From the NCBI RefSeq assembly GCF_000017305.1, contig NC_009664.2, positions 3,270,001 to 3,302,000 on the forward strand: a DNA stretch of 32,000 nt, written 5' to 3'. Of the stretch, positions 25,532 through 32,000 are shown one piece after another; positions within the stretch are counted from its first letter, which is position 1, and every line of letters begins with the position of its first letter. The notes beneath the pieces were generated by a model that worked only from the letters and a program-made list of their open reading frames with translations, was not told where the DNA came from and ran no database searches. The translations under genes and the position numbers were made by a program. This DNA is from Kineococcus radiotolerans SRS30216 = ATCC BAA-149. GTDB lineage: Bacteria; Actinomycetota; Actinomycetes; Actinomycetales; Kineococcaceae.

Positions 25532-26824
25532 GTGAGCACCTCGACGACGTCGTCCACCGGCACCACCACCACCGCCCCCGGCGTGAACTGGGCCCGCAAC
25601 TACGCCTTCAGCGCCGGCACCCTGCACCGGCCCACGACCCTGGACGGGCTGCGGGCCGTCGTCGGGTCCACGGCGCGAGTGCGGGCGGTGGGAACGCGCC
25701 ACTGCTTCAACGACATCGCCGACTCCCCGGGCGACATGGTGACCCTGGAGGCGCTGCCGGTCGAGGTGGAGGCCGACTCCGCCGCCGGGGCGGTGCGGGT
25801 GAGCTCGGCGACCAGCTACGGCGTCCTGGCCCAGCGGTTGCAGGACGCCGGCCTGGCGCTGGCCACGATGGCCTCGCTGCCCCACATCAGCGTCGGCGGC
25901 GCGGTCGCGACCGCGACCCACGGGTCGGGGGACCGGACGCAGAACCTCGCCGCGGCCGTCCGCGCGGTGGAGCTCGTCACCGCCGACGGCGACGTGCGGC
26001 GCGTGCAGCGCGGGGACGGGGAGTTCGCCGGCAGCGTCGTCGCCCTGGGGTCCCTGGGCGTCGTGACCCACCTGGAGCTGGACGTGCTGCCGACCTACGA
26101 CGTGCGCCAGGACGTCTACTCCGGGTTGTCGTTCGAGGCGTTCACCGAGAACTTCGACGCCGTCACCTCCGCGGCCTACAGCGTCAGCGTCTACACGAAC
26201 TGGATCGGGACCGACACCACCCAGGTGTGGCTGAAGACCCGCACGAGCGACGCCGCCGAGGCCCCCGCCGAGCTGTTCGGCGCCGTCCGCGCGGGCGAAC
26301 CCCTGCACCCGCTGCCCGAGGTCGACGTCCGCAACGCCACCGAGCAGCTCGGCGTCCCCGGGCCCTGGCACGAGCGGCTGCCGCACTTCCGGTTCAGCTT
26401 CGCCCCCAGCAACGGCGAGGAGCTCCAGGTCGAGTACCTCGTCGCCCGCGAGAACGCCCTCGCCGTCGTCGCCGCGCTGCGCGAGCTCGGCCCCTCGATC
26501 GCGCCGCTGCTGCACATGTGCGAGATCCGCACCGTTGCCGCCGACGACCTGTGGCTCTCCAACTCCCACCAGCGCGACAGCGTCGCCTTCCACTTCACCT
26601 ACAAGCAGCGCCAGGCCGAGGTCATCGCCGCCATCGCCGAGGTCGAGGCGGCGCTGTCCGGGCTGGACGTGCGCCCGCACTGGGGCAAGCTGTTCGCCGC
26701 CGACGCGCAGCGGATCGCGGGCCTCTACCCGCGCTTCGACGACGCGCGGGCGCTGGTCGCCCGCCACGACCCCCGCCGGAAGTTCGCCAACGCCTACACC
26801 GACCGGGTCGGGCTGACCGCCTGA
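25532..26824 (+). CDS. FAD-binding oxidase of the D-arabinono-1,4-lactone oxidase / alditol (xylitol) oxidase family
   Basis: C-terminal 430 codons of tracked ORF 24743..26824. FAD_binding_4-like N-half (VRAVGTRHCFNDIA, HISVGGAVATATHGSG) and an ALO-type C-half ending RPHWGKLF. TACCGT lies 6 nt upstream of GTG 25532 (leaderless pattern). Confidence 0.8.
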   Translation: MSTSTTSSTGTTTTAPGVNWARNYAFSAGTLHRPTTLDGLRAVVGSTARVRAVGTRHCFNDIADSPGDMVTLEALPVEVEADSAAGAVRVSSATSYGVLAQRLQDAGLALATMASLPHISVGGAVATATHGSGDRTQNLAAAVRAVELVTADGDVRRVQRGDGEFAGSVVALGSLGVVTHLELDVLPTYDVRQDVYSGLSFEAFTENFDAVTSAAYSVSVYTNWIGTDTTQVWLKTRTSDAAEAPAELFGAVRAGEPLHPLPEVDVRNATEQLGVPGPWHERLPHFRFSFAPSNGEELQVEYLVARENALAVVAALRELGPSIAPLLHMCEIRTVAADDLWLSNSHQRDSVAFHFTYKQRQAEVIAAIAEVEAALSGLDVRPHWGKLFAADAQRIAGLYPRFDDARALVARHDPRRKFANAYTDRVGLTA

Positions 26825-26864
26825 GCGTCCGCGAGGGGCCGGACCCCCGTGCGCCCGGCGTCCT

Positions 26865-26888
26865 CCCCGGGCCGTCCCCGGCCCGGGG
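26865..26888. terminator. Hairpin between convergent oxidase and SUFU-like genes
   Basis: CCCCGGGCCG (26865-26874), TCCC loop, CGGCCCGGGG (26879-26888). Exact 10-bp stem. Confidence 0.45.
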
Positions 26889-27500
26889 TCAGAGCGGCAG
26901 GGGGTCGCGTCCCACGTCGTGGAACTCGACCTCGGCCTCGGCCAGGCGCGTCTCCAGCGCGTCGAGGCCGCGGTCGAGGAGGAACCGGCGCTCCCCCTCG
27001 TGCAGGGGCACCGCCTGCAGCCAGCGCACCTCGGTGCCGCCCTGGAACTCGTCGGCCTCCAGCCGGTAGCGCGCCAGCCGCGGGAAGGTGCCCGGGGCGG
27101 TGAGCAGCAGGTGCTCGGTGCGCCCGCCCAGCAGGTCGGCGACGACGCCGGGGAACACCGTCCCGGGACGCAGCGGCCACGCCTCGCCGACGGCCGCGAA
27201 CGCCGACGCCACCAGCAGCCCCGTCGCCAGCCGGGGTTCCACCCCGCCCAGGACGGTCACCAGCTCGACCCGGACGTCGCTGCCGTCCACCCGGTTCGGC
27301 GCGCGGTGCAGCGTCAGCGTCGAGACGGAGGTGAACCCCGCCGCCGGGGCGTCGCGGGCCGTCAGGACGTCCAGGGACCGCGTCCCGTCCCGGTTGAGGT
27401 GCTCCTCGATCTCCGGGCGCCCGTCGGGGACGAGCTGCTCCCCGACGAACCGGGCCATCCGGACCTCGGCGTCGGTGGGCGGGGGCGCCTCGGAGCTCAC
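26889..27500 (-). CDS. Suppressor-of-fused (SUFU-like) domain protein
   Basis: C-terminal 203 codons of tracked ORF 26889..28622. Overall pattern ([22 protein letters not shown]..., VELVTVL..., [12 protein letters not shown]..., [16 protein letters not shown]) resembles bacterial SUFU-domain proteins as I remember them. GTG 27500 overlaps the cofG stop by 4 nt. Confidence 0.6.
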   Translation of the reverse strand: MSSEAPPPTDAEVRMARFVGEQLVPDGRPEIEEHLNRDGTRSLDVLTARDAPAAGFTSVSTLTLHRAPNRVDGSDVRVELVTVLGGVEPRLATGLLVASAFAAVGEAWPLRPGTVFPGVVADLLGGRTEHLLLTAPGTFPRLARYRLEADEFQGGTEVRWLQAVPLHEGERRFLLDRGLDALETRLAEAEVEFHDVGRDPLPL

Positions 27501-28789
27501 GCGACCACCCGGCCGACGGGCCGCGCCGACTCCTCGGCCAGACCCGTCACCGGGTCCGCGAGCGCCGCGAGGGCGGGGTGGAGGGCGGCGTCGATCCAGC
27601 GCGTGGACCCGGCGAGGGCGTCGAGCACGAACCGCGGGTGGGCGGTGAGGCGCTCGGCGAGGCGGAACCCCGCCGCCCGGGTCGTGCGGGCCAGGTCGTC
27701 CAGCTGCGGCCAGGGGCGCTCGGGGTTCACGTGGTCGGGGGTCAGCGGGGACACCCCGCCCCAGTCGTCGACGCCGGCGGCGAGCAGCTGCTCGCGCTGA
27801 CCGGGGTCGGACAGGTTCGGCGGGGCCTGCAGGGAGACCCCCGGCCCCAGCAGCAGGCGGGCGACGGCGATCGTGGCGAGGTACTCGGAGTGGTCGAGGT
27901 CGTCCTCGCCGCGCATGGCGGTGTCGTCCTTGGCGCGGAAGTTCTGGACGATGACCTCCTGCACCCCGTCGAACTCCGCGACGACGTCGCGGATCGCGAG
28001 GATCGAGTCCACGCGCTCGGCGGGGGTCTCCCCGATGCCCACGAGGATCCCGGTGGTGAAGGGGACCCCGGCGCGCCCGGCGTCGCGCAGCACCCGCAGC
28101 CGCAGGGCGGGGTCCTTGTCGGGGGAGCCGTAGTGGACCTGGCCGGGTTCGGTCCACAGCCGGGTGGAGGTGGTCTCCAGCATCATCCCCATCGAGGGGG
28201 CCAGCGGCCGCGAGGCCAGCAGGTCCGCGTGGGTCATGACCCCGGGGTTGAGGTGCGGCAGCAGCCCGGTCTCGTCCAGGACGCGGCGCGCCAGGTGCTG
28301 CACGTACTCCAGGGTGGAGGCGAAGCCCCGCGCCGTCAGCCACGCCCGGGCCGCGGGCCAGCGGTCCTCGGGGGCGTCGCCGAGGGTGAACAGCGCCTCC
28401 TTGCAGCCCATCGCCGCGCCCTCGCGGGCGATGGCCAGGACGTCGTCCTCGGACAGGTACAGCACGGGCAGCCGGCCGGGGACGGTCGCGAAGGTGCAGT
28501 AGTGGCAGCGGTCCCGGCACAACCGGGTGACGGGGACGAAGACCTTGCGGGAGTAGGTGACGACCCCGGGCCGGCCCGCGGCGGCCATGGCCGCGTCGCG
28601 CACCGGCGCGGCCAGCGCGCACAGCGCGCCCAGGTCCTCGCCGCGCGCGTGCAGGAGGACCTCGGCGGTGGCGGCGTCGAGGTCGCCGCCCGCCGCGGCA
28701 CGCAGGGCGGCGGCGAGGTCGCCGGGCGGGGGGACGGCGGCCGCCGGGGCCGCGTGCCGGCGCCGGGGGGAGGGGAGGGAGTCGCTCAT
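27497..28789 (-). CDS. cofG: FO synthase subunit CofG (stand-alone homologue of the FbiC N-terminal half; radical SAM)
   Basis: C-terminal 430 codons of tracked ORF 27497..29470. Intact radical-SAM motif [14 protein letters not shown]. Long colinear similarity to the remembered M. tuberculosis FbiC N-half ([104 protein letters not shown]). GGAAGG RBS before ATG 28789. Confidence 0.88.
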   Translation of the reverse strand: MSDSLPSPRRRHAAPAAAVPPPGDLAAALRAAAGGDLDAATAEVLLHARGEDLGALCALAAPVRDAAMAAAGRPGVVTYSRKVFVPVTRLCRDRCHYCTFATVPGRLPVLYLSEDDVLAIAREGAAMGCKEALFTLGDAPEDRWPAARAWLTARGFASTLEYVQHLARRVLDETGLLPHLNPGVMTHADLLASRPLAPSMGMMLETTSTRLWTEPGQVHYGSPDKDPALRLRVLRDAGRAGVPFTTGILVGIGETPAERVDSILAIRDVVAEFDGVQEVIVQNFRAKDDTAMRGEDDLDHSEYLATIAVARLLLGPGVSLQAPPNLSDPGQREQLLAAGVDDWGGVSPLTPDHVNPERPWPQLDDLARTTRAAGFRLAERLTAHPRFVLDALAGSTRWIDAALHPALAALADPVTGLAEESARPVGRVVA

Positions 28790-28806
28790 GGTGCCTTCCG
28801 GTCCGG

Positions 28807-29433
28807 TCAGGTCAGCGGGATCGCCGCGGCGGCGAGGGCCTCGCGGGTGCGGGGGCCCACCCCCAGGGCGAGGGCCTCGGCCAGGTCCTCGACGGTGTCG
28901 ACGTCGCGGCGCAGCGAGGGCAGGGCCGCGCTCAGCGGGCGCGCCCCGGCGTCGAGGTGGGCCCGGGCCGAGCCCGGCCCGAAGCGGTGCGGGGGAGCGC
29001 CGTCGCGGTCGGCGAGCAGCACGCTGCCCCGGCCGTCGGCGTCGGTCACCAGCGCCGGTCCCGGCCGGGCCAGGGCGTCGGCGAGCGCCGCCCCCAGGTC
29101 CTCCGCGCGCAGCGCCGGCAGGTCGCCGAGCAGGACGGCCGTCGGACCGCGCTCCAGGCACGTCACCCCGGCCTCCACGGCCGCCGCGAGACCGGGCCGG
29201 CCCGCGGAGACGGTGACGGCTCCCGCGGAGCGCGCGGCGGCGGTGACCTCGGGGTCGTCGCTGACGCAGACGACGAGCCCCACCCCGGGGGTGCGCAGGC
29301 ACACCGCGAGGCAGTCCAGCGCCATGGCCAGCGCCAGGGACCGGCGGGCGGGACCGGGCAGGGCCAGCCGGGACTTCGCCCCGTCCCCGCCCTTGACGGG
29401 GACGACGACCCGCCAGCCGCTCACGTGCGTCAC
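28807..29433 (-). CDS. fbiD: 2-phospho-L-lactate / phosphoenolpyruvate guanylyltransferase (CofC/FbiD)
   Basis: C-terminal 208 codons of tracked ORF 28807..30294. N-terminus [17 protein letters not shown] and LLGDLPAL are typical of CofC/FbiD. GGGGGAG lies upstream of GTG 29433. 17 nt upstream of cofG. Confidence 0.8.
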   Translation of the reverse strand: MTHVSGWRVVVPVKGGDGAKSRLALPGPARRSLALAMALDCLAVCLRTPGVGLVVCVSDDPEVTAAARSAGAVTVSAGRPGLAAAVEAGVTCLERGPTAVLLGDLPALRAEDLGAALADALARPGPALVTDADGRGSVLLADRDGAPPHRFGPGSARAHLDAGARPLSAALPSLRRDVDTVEDLAEALALGVGPRTREALAAAAIPLT

Positions 29434-29463
29434 CGGGGGAGTCTCCCCCACGGCCCCGGGGCG

Positions 29464-29490
29464 GCGACACCTGCCCCGGGTCCCTACCCT
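29464..29490 (+). promoter_or_regulatory. Putative promoter for a leaderless moaE-cofH-like-BVMO transcript
   Basis: TACCCT (29485-29490, TANNNT) lies 6 nt upstream of GTG 29497, with no RBS. A weak -35-like GCGACA (29464-29469) has a short 15-nt spacer. Confidence 0.35.
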
Positions 29491-29496
29491 CGGTCC

Positions 29497-29949
29497 GTGA
29501 GCACCCCTCCGCGGTTGACCGTCCCCGCCCGCCGGGTCGTGCGGACCGCCGTCGGCCCCGCGCCCCTCGACGTCGACGAGCACGCCCGCCTGGTCGGTGA
29601 CCGCGCGGCCGGGGCGGTCGTGACCTTCGCCGGGGTCGTCCGCGACCACGATCACGGCCGCTCGGTGCGGGAGCTGGAGTACGTGGGCCACCCCACCGCC
29701 GACGCCGTGCTGGCCGCCGTCGTCGCCGAGGTCGTCGCCGACAGCCCCGTGGACGCCGTCGCGGTCAGCCACCGGCTCGGGCACCTGGCCGTGGGTGACG
29801 TGGCGCTGGCCGTCGCCGTCTCCGCCGCGCACCGGGGGGAGGCGTTCGCGGTGTGCGCCCGGCTGGTCGACGAGGTCAAGGACCGGCTGCCGGTGTGGAA
29901 GCACCAGCACTTCGACGACGGCACCTCGGAGTGGGTGGCCTGCCCGTGA
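29497..29949 (+). CDS. moaE: Molybdopterin synthase catalytic (large) subunit MoaE
   Basis: C-terminal 150 codons of tracked ORF 28957..29949. [66 protein letters not shown] parallels E. coli MoaE (GAVVTFTGKVRNH..., HRIGEL, SAHRSSAFEA..., APFWKRE). Confidence 0.85.
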   Translation: MSTPPRLTVPARRVVRTAVGPAPLDVDEHARLVGDRAAGAVVTFAGVVRDHDHGRSVRELEYVGHPTADAVLAAVVAEVVADSPVDAVAVSHRLGHLAVGDVALAVAVSAAHRGEAFAVCARLVDEVKDRLPVWKHQHFDDGTSEWVACP

Positions 29950-30965
29950 GCGCGGTGAGGGCCGCGCTGGCCGCGGCCGCCCGCGACCACCGCGCGCTCG
30001 GCGACGCCGAGGCGGTCGCGCTGCTGGGCGCCGACGGGGCGGAGCTGGAGGAGCTGGCCGGGCTCGCGGACGCGGTGCGCCGGGCCCGGGTGGGCGAGGA
30101 CCTGACGTTCGTGGTGAACCGCAACCTCGACGGCACCCGCGTGGGCGACCCGGCCGCGCGCGGCCTCCTGCACGACCTCGTGCAGGAGGCCGCCGCGCTC
30201 GGGGCGACCGAGGTCTGCGTGCAGGGGCCGGTGCCGGCCTCCGCGGGGCCGGAGGGCTACCTGGAGCTGGTCGAGGCCGTCGCGCGGGCGGCACCGGGGA
30301 TCCACCTGCACGCCTTCCGGCCCCCGGAGCTGCTGGAGGCCGCGCACCGCCGCGGGTCGAGCCTGCGCGCGTTCCTCGTCGCGGCCGCGGGGGCGGGGCT
30401 GGGGTCGGTGCCCGGCACGGCCGCGAAGGTCCTCGACGACGACGTCCGGACCGCGCTGAACGGCGGGGTGCCCGACCTGCCGGTGGCGCGCTGGGTGGAG
30501 ACGGTCGTCACCGCGCACGAGGTGGGGCTGACCTCCACGAGCACCCTGGTCCACGGCGGTCCGGAGACCCCGGCGCAGCAGGTCGCGCACCTGCGGCTGC
30601 TGGCCGGCGTGGCCGCGCGGACGGGGGGCTTCACCGAGTTCATCGCCATGCCGTCCCCCGCCGGCCCCGGCCCGTCGCCGCGCGCCACGCGGGCGCTGCA
30701 CGCCGTGGCGCGGCTGCTGCTGGACGGGTACGTCGACCACGTCCAGGCGGCCTGGCCCAAGCACGGCCCGGACCTGACCGAGCAGCTGCTGCGCGGCGGG
30801 GCCGACGACCTCGGCGGGTTGCTGCTCGACGGTTCGCTGGACCCCGCGGCCGGCCAGGAGGCGGGCACCACCCTGAGCCGCGAGGGGGCCGCGGCGCTCG
30901 CGGACCGGCTGGGCCGGCCGCTGCGCCAGCGCACGACCCGCTACGGCGAGCCCGCGGTCCCGTGA
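29946..30965 (+). CDS. CofH-like protein (homologue of the FbiC C-terminal half) lacking the radical-SAM CxxxCxxC cluster motif
   Basis: C-terminal 339 codons of tracked ORF 29853..30965. Colinear with the remembered FbiC C-half (LTFVVNRN, GATEVCVQG, HLHAF, PGTAAKVLDDDVR, TAHEVGL.S.ST, RTGGFTEF, ADDLGG, GRPLRQRTTRY). The segment that should carry NINFTN.C...C..C is replaced by LDGTRVGDPAARGLLHDLVQEA, about 18 residues shorter. The protein has only one Cys. GTG 29946 overlaps the moaE stop. Confidence 0.8.
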   Translation: MSAVRAALAAAARDHRALGDAEAVALLGADGAELEELAGLADAVRRARVGEDLTFVVNRNLDGTRVGDPAARGLLHDLVQEAAALGATEVCVQGPVPASAGPEGYLELVEAVARAAPGIHLHAFRPPELLEAAHRRGSSLRAFLVAAAGAGLGSVPGTAAKVLDDDVRTALNGGVPDLPVARWVETVVTAHEVGLTSTSTLVHGGPETPAQQVAHLRLLAGVAARTGGFTEFIAMPSPAGPGPSPRATRALHAVARLLLDGYVDHVQAAWPKHGPDLTEQLLRGGADDLGGLLLDGSLDPAAGQEAGTTLSREGAAALADRLGRPLRQRTTRYGEPAVP

Positions 30966-32000
30966 CCGGCGCCTCGGCCGGTCCCGCGACCGAGGTCGAC
31001 GTCGCGGTCGTCGGTGCGGGGTTCGCGGGGATCGGCGCGGCTCTGCGGCTGGCCCGCCGCGGCCGGGAGAGCTTCGTCGTCCTCGAGCGCGGGGACGACG
31101 TGGGCGGCACCTGGCGGGACAACACCTACCCCGGGGTCGCCTGCGACGTGCCCTCGCACCTGTACTCGTTCTCCTTCGCCCCCAAGCCGGACTGGTCGCG
31201 GGTGTTCGCGCCGGGGGCGGAGATCCAGGAGTACCTGCGGGCCTGCGCCCGGGAGGTCGCGGGGAACCTCCGGCTGCGGACCGAGGTGCTGCGGGCGCGG
31301 TGGGAGGGTTCCCGCTGGGTCCTGACCACCTCGACGGGGCCGGTGCGGGCGCGCGTCCTGGTCCTGGCGGCGGGGCGCCTCACCGAACCCCGCACCCCCG
31401 CGCTGCCCGGTCTGGACGGGTTCGACGGGCCGGTGTTCCACACCGCGCGCTGGGACCACGCCGTCGACCTCGCCGGGGCCCGGGTCGGGGTCGTCGGGAC
31501 GGGGGCCTCCGCGGTGCAGGTCGTGCCCCGGATCGCGGGGACCGCGGCCCACCTGACCGTCTTCCAGCGCAGCGCGCCCTACGTCGTCCCGCGCGGGGAC
31601 CGGGAGTTCAGCGCGGAGGAGCTGGCGGGGTTCGTCGCCGACCCCGCCCTGCCGGCGGCGCTGCGGGAGGAGACGTTCACCGAGATGGAACGGGGCCTGG
31701 CCGCGCGCCGCCTCGTGGCGCAGGCCCTGGACCCGTTGCGCCGCAGGGCGCTGGACCACCTCGCGGCGCAGGTCCCGGACCCGGTCCTGCGGGCCGCGCT
31801 GACCCCGGACTACGAGGTCGGGTGCAAGCGCGTCCTGCTCTCCGACGACTTCTACCCGGCGCTGGGCCGCGACGACGTGACGCTGGTCGCCTCGGCGCTG
31901 CGCGGGTTCGAGGGCCGGACGGCGCGCGCCGCCGACGGTTCCCGCCACCCCCTCGACGTGCTCGTGCTGGCGACGGGCTTCCACGCCGCCCGCCAGCCCT
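30962..32000 (+). CDS. Type I Baeyer-Villiger / flavin-containing monooxygenase (EthA-like), 3'-partial
   Basis: Not in the ORF track because it runs off the window; I translated it by hand with no stop from GTG 30962 to 32000. FAD site VAVVGAGFAGIG, DVGGTWRDNTYPG, BVMO fingerprint FDGPVFHTARWD (FxGxxxHxxxW[P/D]), NADPH site VGVVGTGASAVQ. The start overlaps the cofH-like stop by 4 nt. Confidence 0.85.
   Translation, partial: MTGASAGPATEVDVAVVGAGFAGIGAALRLARRGRESFVVLERGDDVGGTWRDNTYPGVACDVPSHLYSFSFAPKPDWSRVFAPGAEIQEYLRACAREVAGNLRLRTEVLRARWEGSRWVLTTSTGPVRARVLVLAAGRLTEPRTPALPGLDGFDGPVFHTARWDHAVDLAGARVGVVGTGASAVQVVPRIAGTAAHLTVFQRSAPYVVPRGDREFSAEELAGFVADPALPAALREETFTEMERGLAARRLVAQALDPLRRRALDHLAAQVPDPVLRAALTPDYEVGCKRVLLSDDFYPALGRDDVTLVASALRGFEGRTARAADGSRHPLDVLVLATGFHAARQP

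Noticed and set aside
30100-30210. A frameshift or assembly-error explanation for the missing CxxxCxxC in the cofH-like gene
   Set aside because: I read the other two forward frames across this stretch. One gives ...SCTTSCRR (only CxxxC, no FbiC-like context), and neither restores INFTN.C...C..C. Flanking conserved blocks are in the same frame on both sides, so an in-frame replacement or deletion is the simplest reading. This cannot be fully excluded without reads.

Overview
Very high-G+C (visually >70%) chromosomal segment with actinobacterial gene content. It is densely packed with about 36 protein-coding genes, many joined by 4-nt GTGA start/stop overlaps. I saw no rRNA, tRNA, CRISPR array, transposase or integrase. 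Most long ORFs in the six-frame track are antisense shadows or false N-terminal extensions; starts were re-placed using family N-termini, codon-3 G/C, RBS or leaderless -10 motifs, and overlaps.

Gene content, left to right:
- partial unknown CDS, then an acyltransferase-3
- yjcH(DUF485)-actP acetate symporter pair
- small Pro-rich membrane protein, amidohydrolase, DAG-kinase-like lipid kinase
- IdeR-box-controlled orphan siderophore-binding lipoprotein
- metQ-metN-metI behind a SAM-IV riboswitch
- hypothetical + DUF1737 pair, then OsmC
- LysR-controlled operon: ADA-fold deaminase, NtaA/DszA-type LLM monooxygenase, NCS1 permease
- GntR(FCD), ACS-family MFS transporter, SDR; then galM and ung
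- DUF3263, short TM ORF, cspA, and groEL behind two tandem CIRCE elements
- RibD_C/DHFR-like reductase and an ALO/alditol-oxidase-like flavoprotein
- a deazaflavin (F420/FO)-related locus

The two regions most worth follow-up:
1. The F420/FO locus (26.9-32 kb). The normally fused actinobacterial fbiC is split into an intact cofG, in an fbiD-cofG-SUFU-like operon, and a divergently transcribed cofH-like gene. That cofH-like gene has lost the radical-SAM CxxxCxxC motif and is translationally coupled to moaE upstream and a Baeyer-Villiger monooxygenase downstream.
2. The deaminase/LLM/NCS1 operon (11.7-15.6 kb). Its deaminase carries HAGQ in place of the catalytic HAGE motif.
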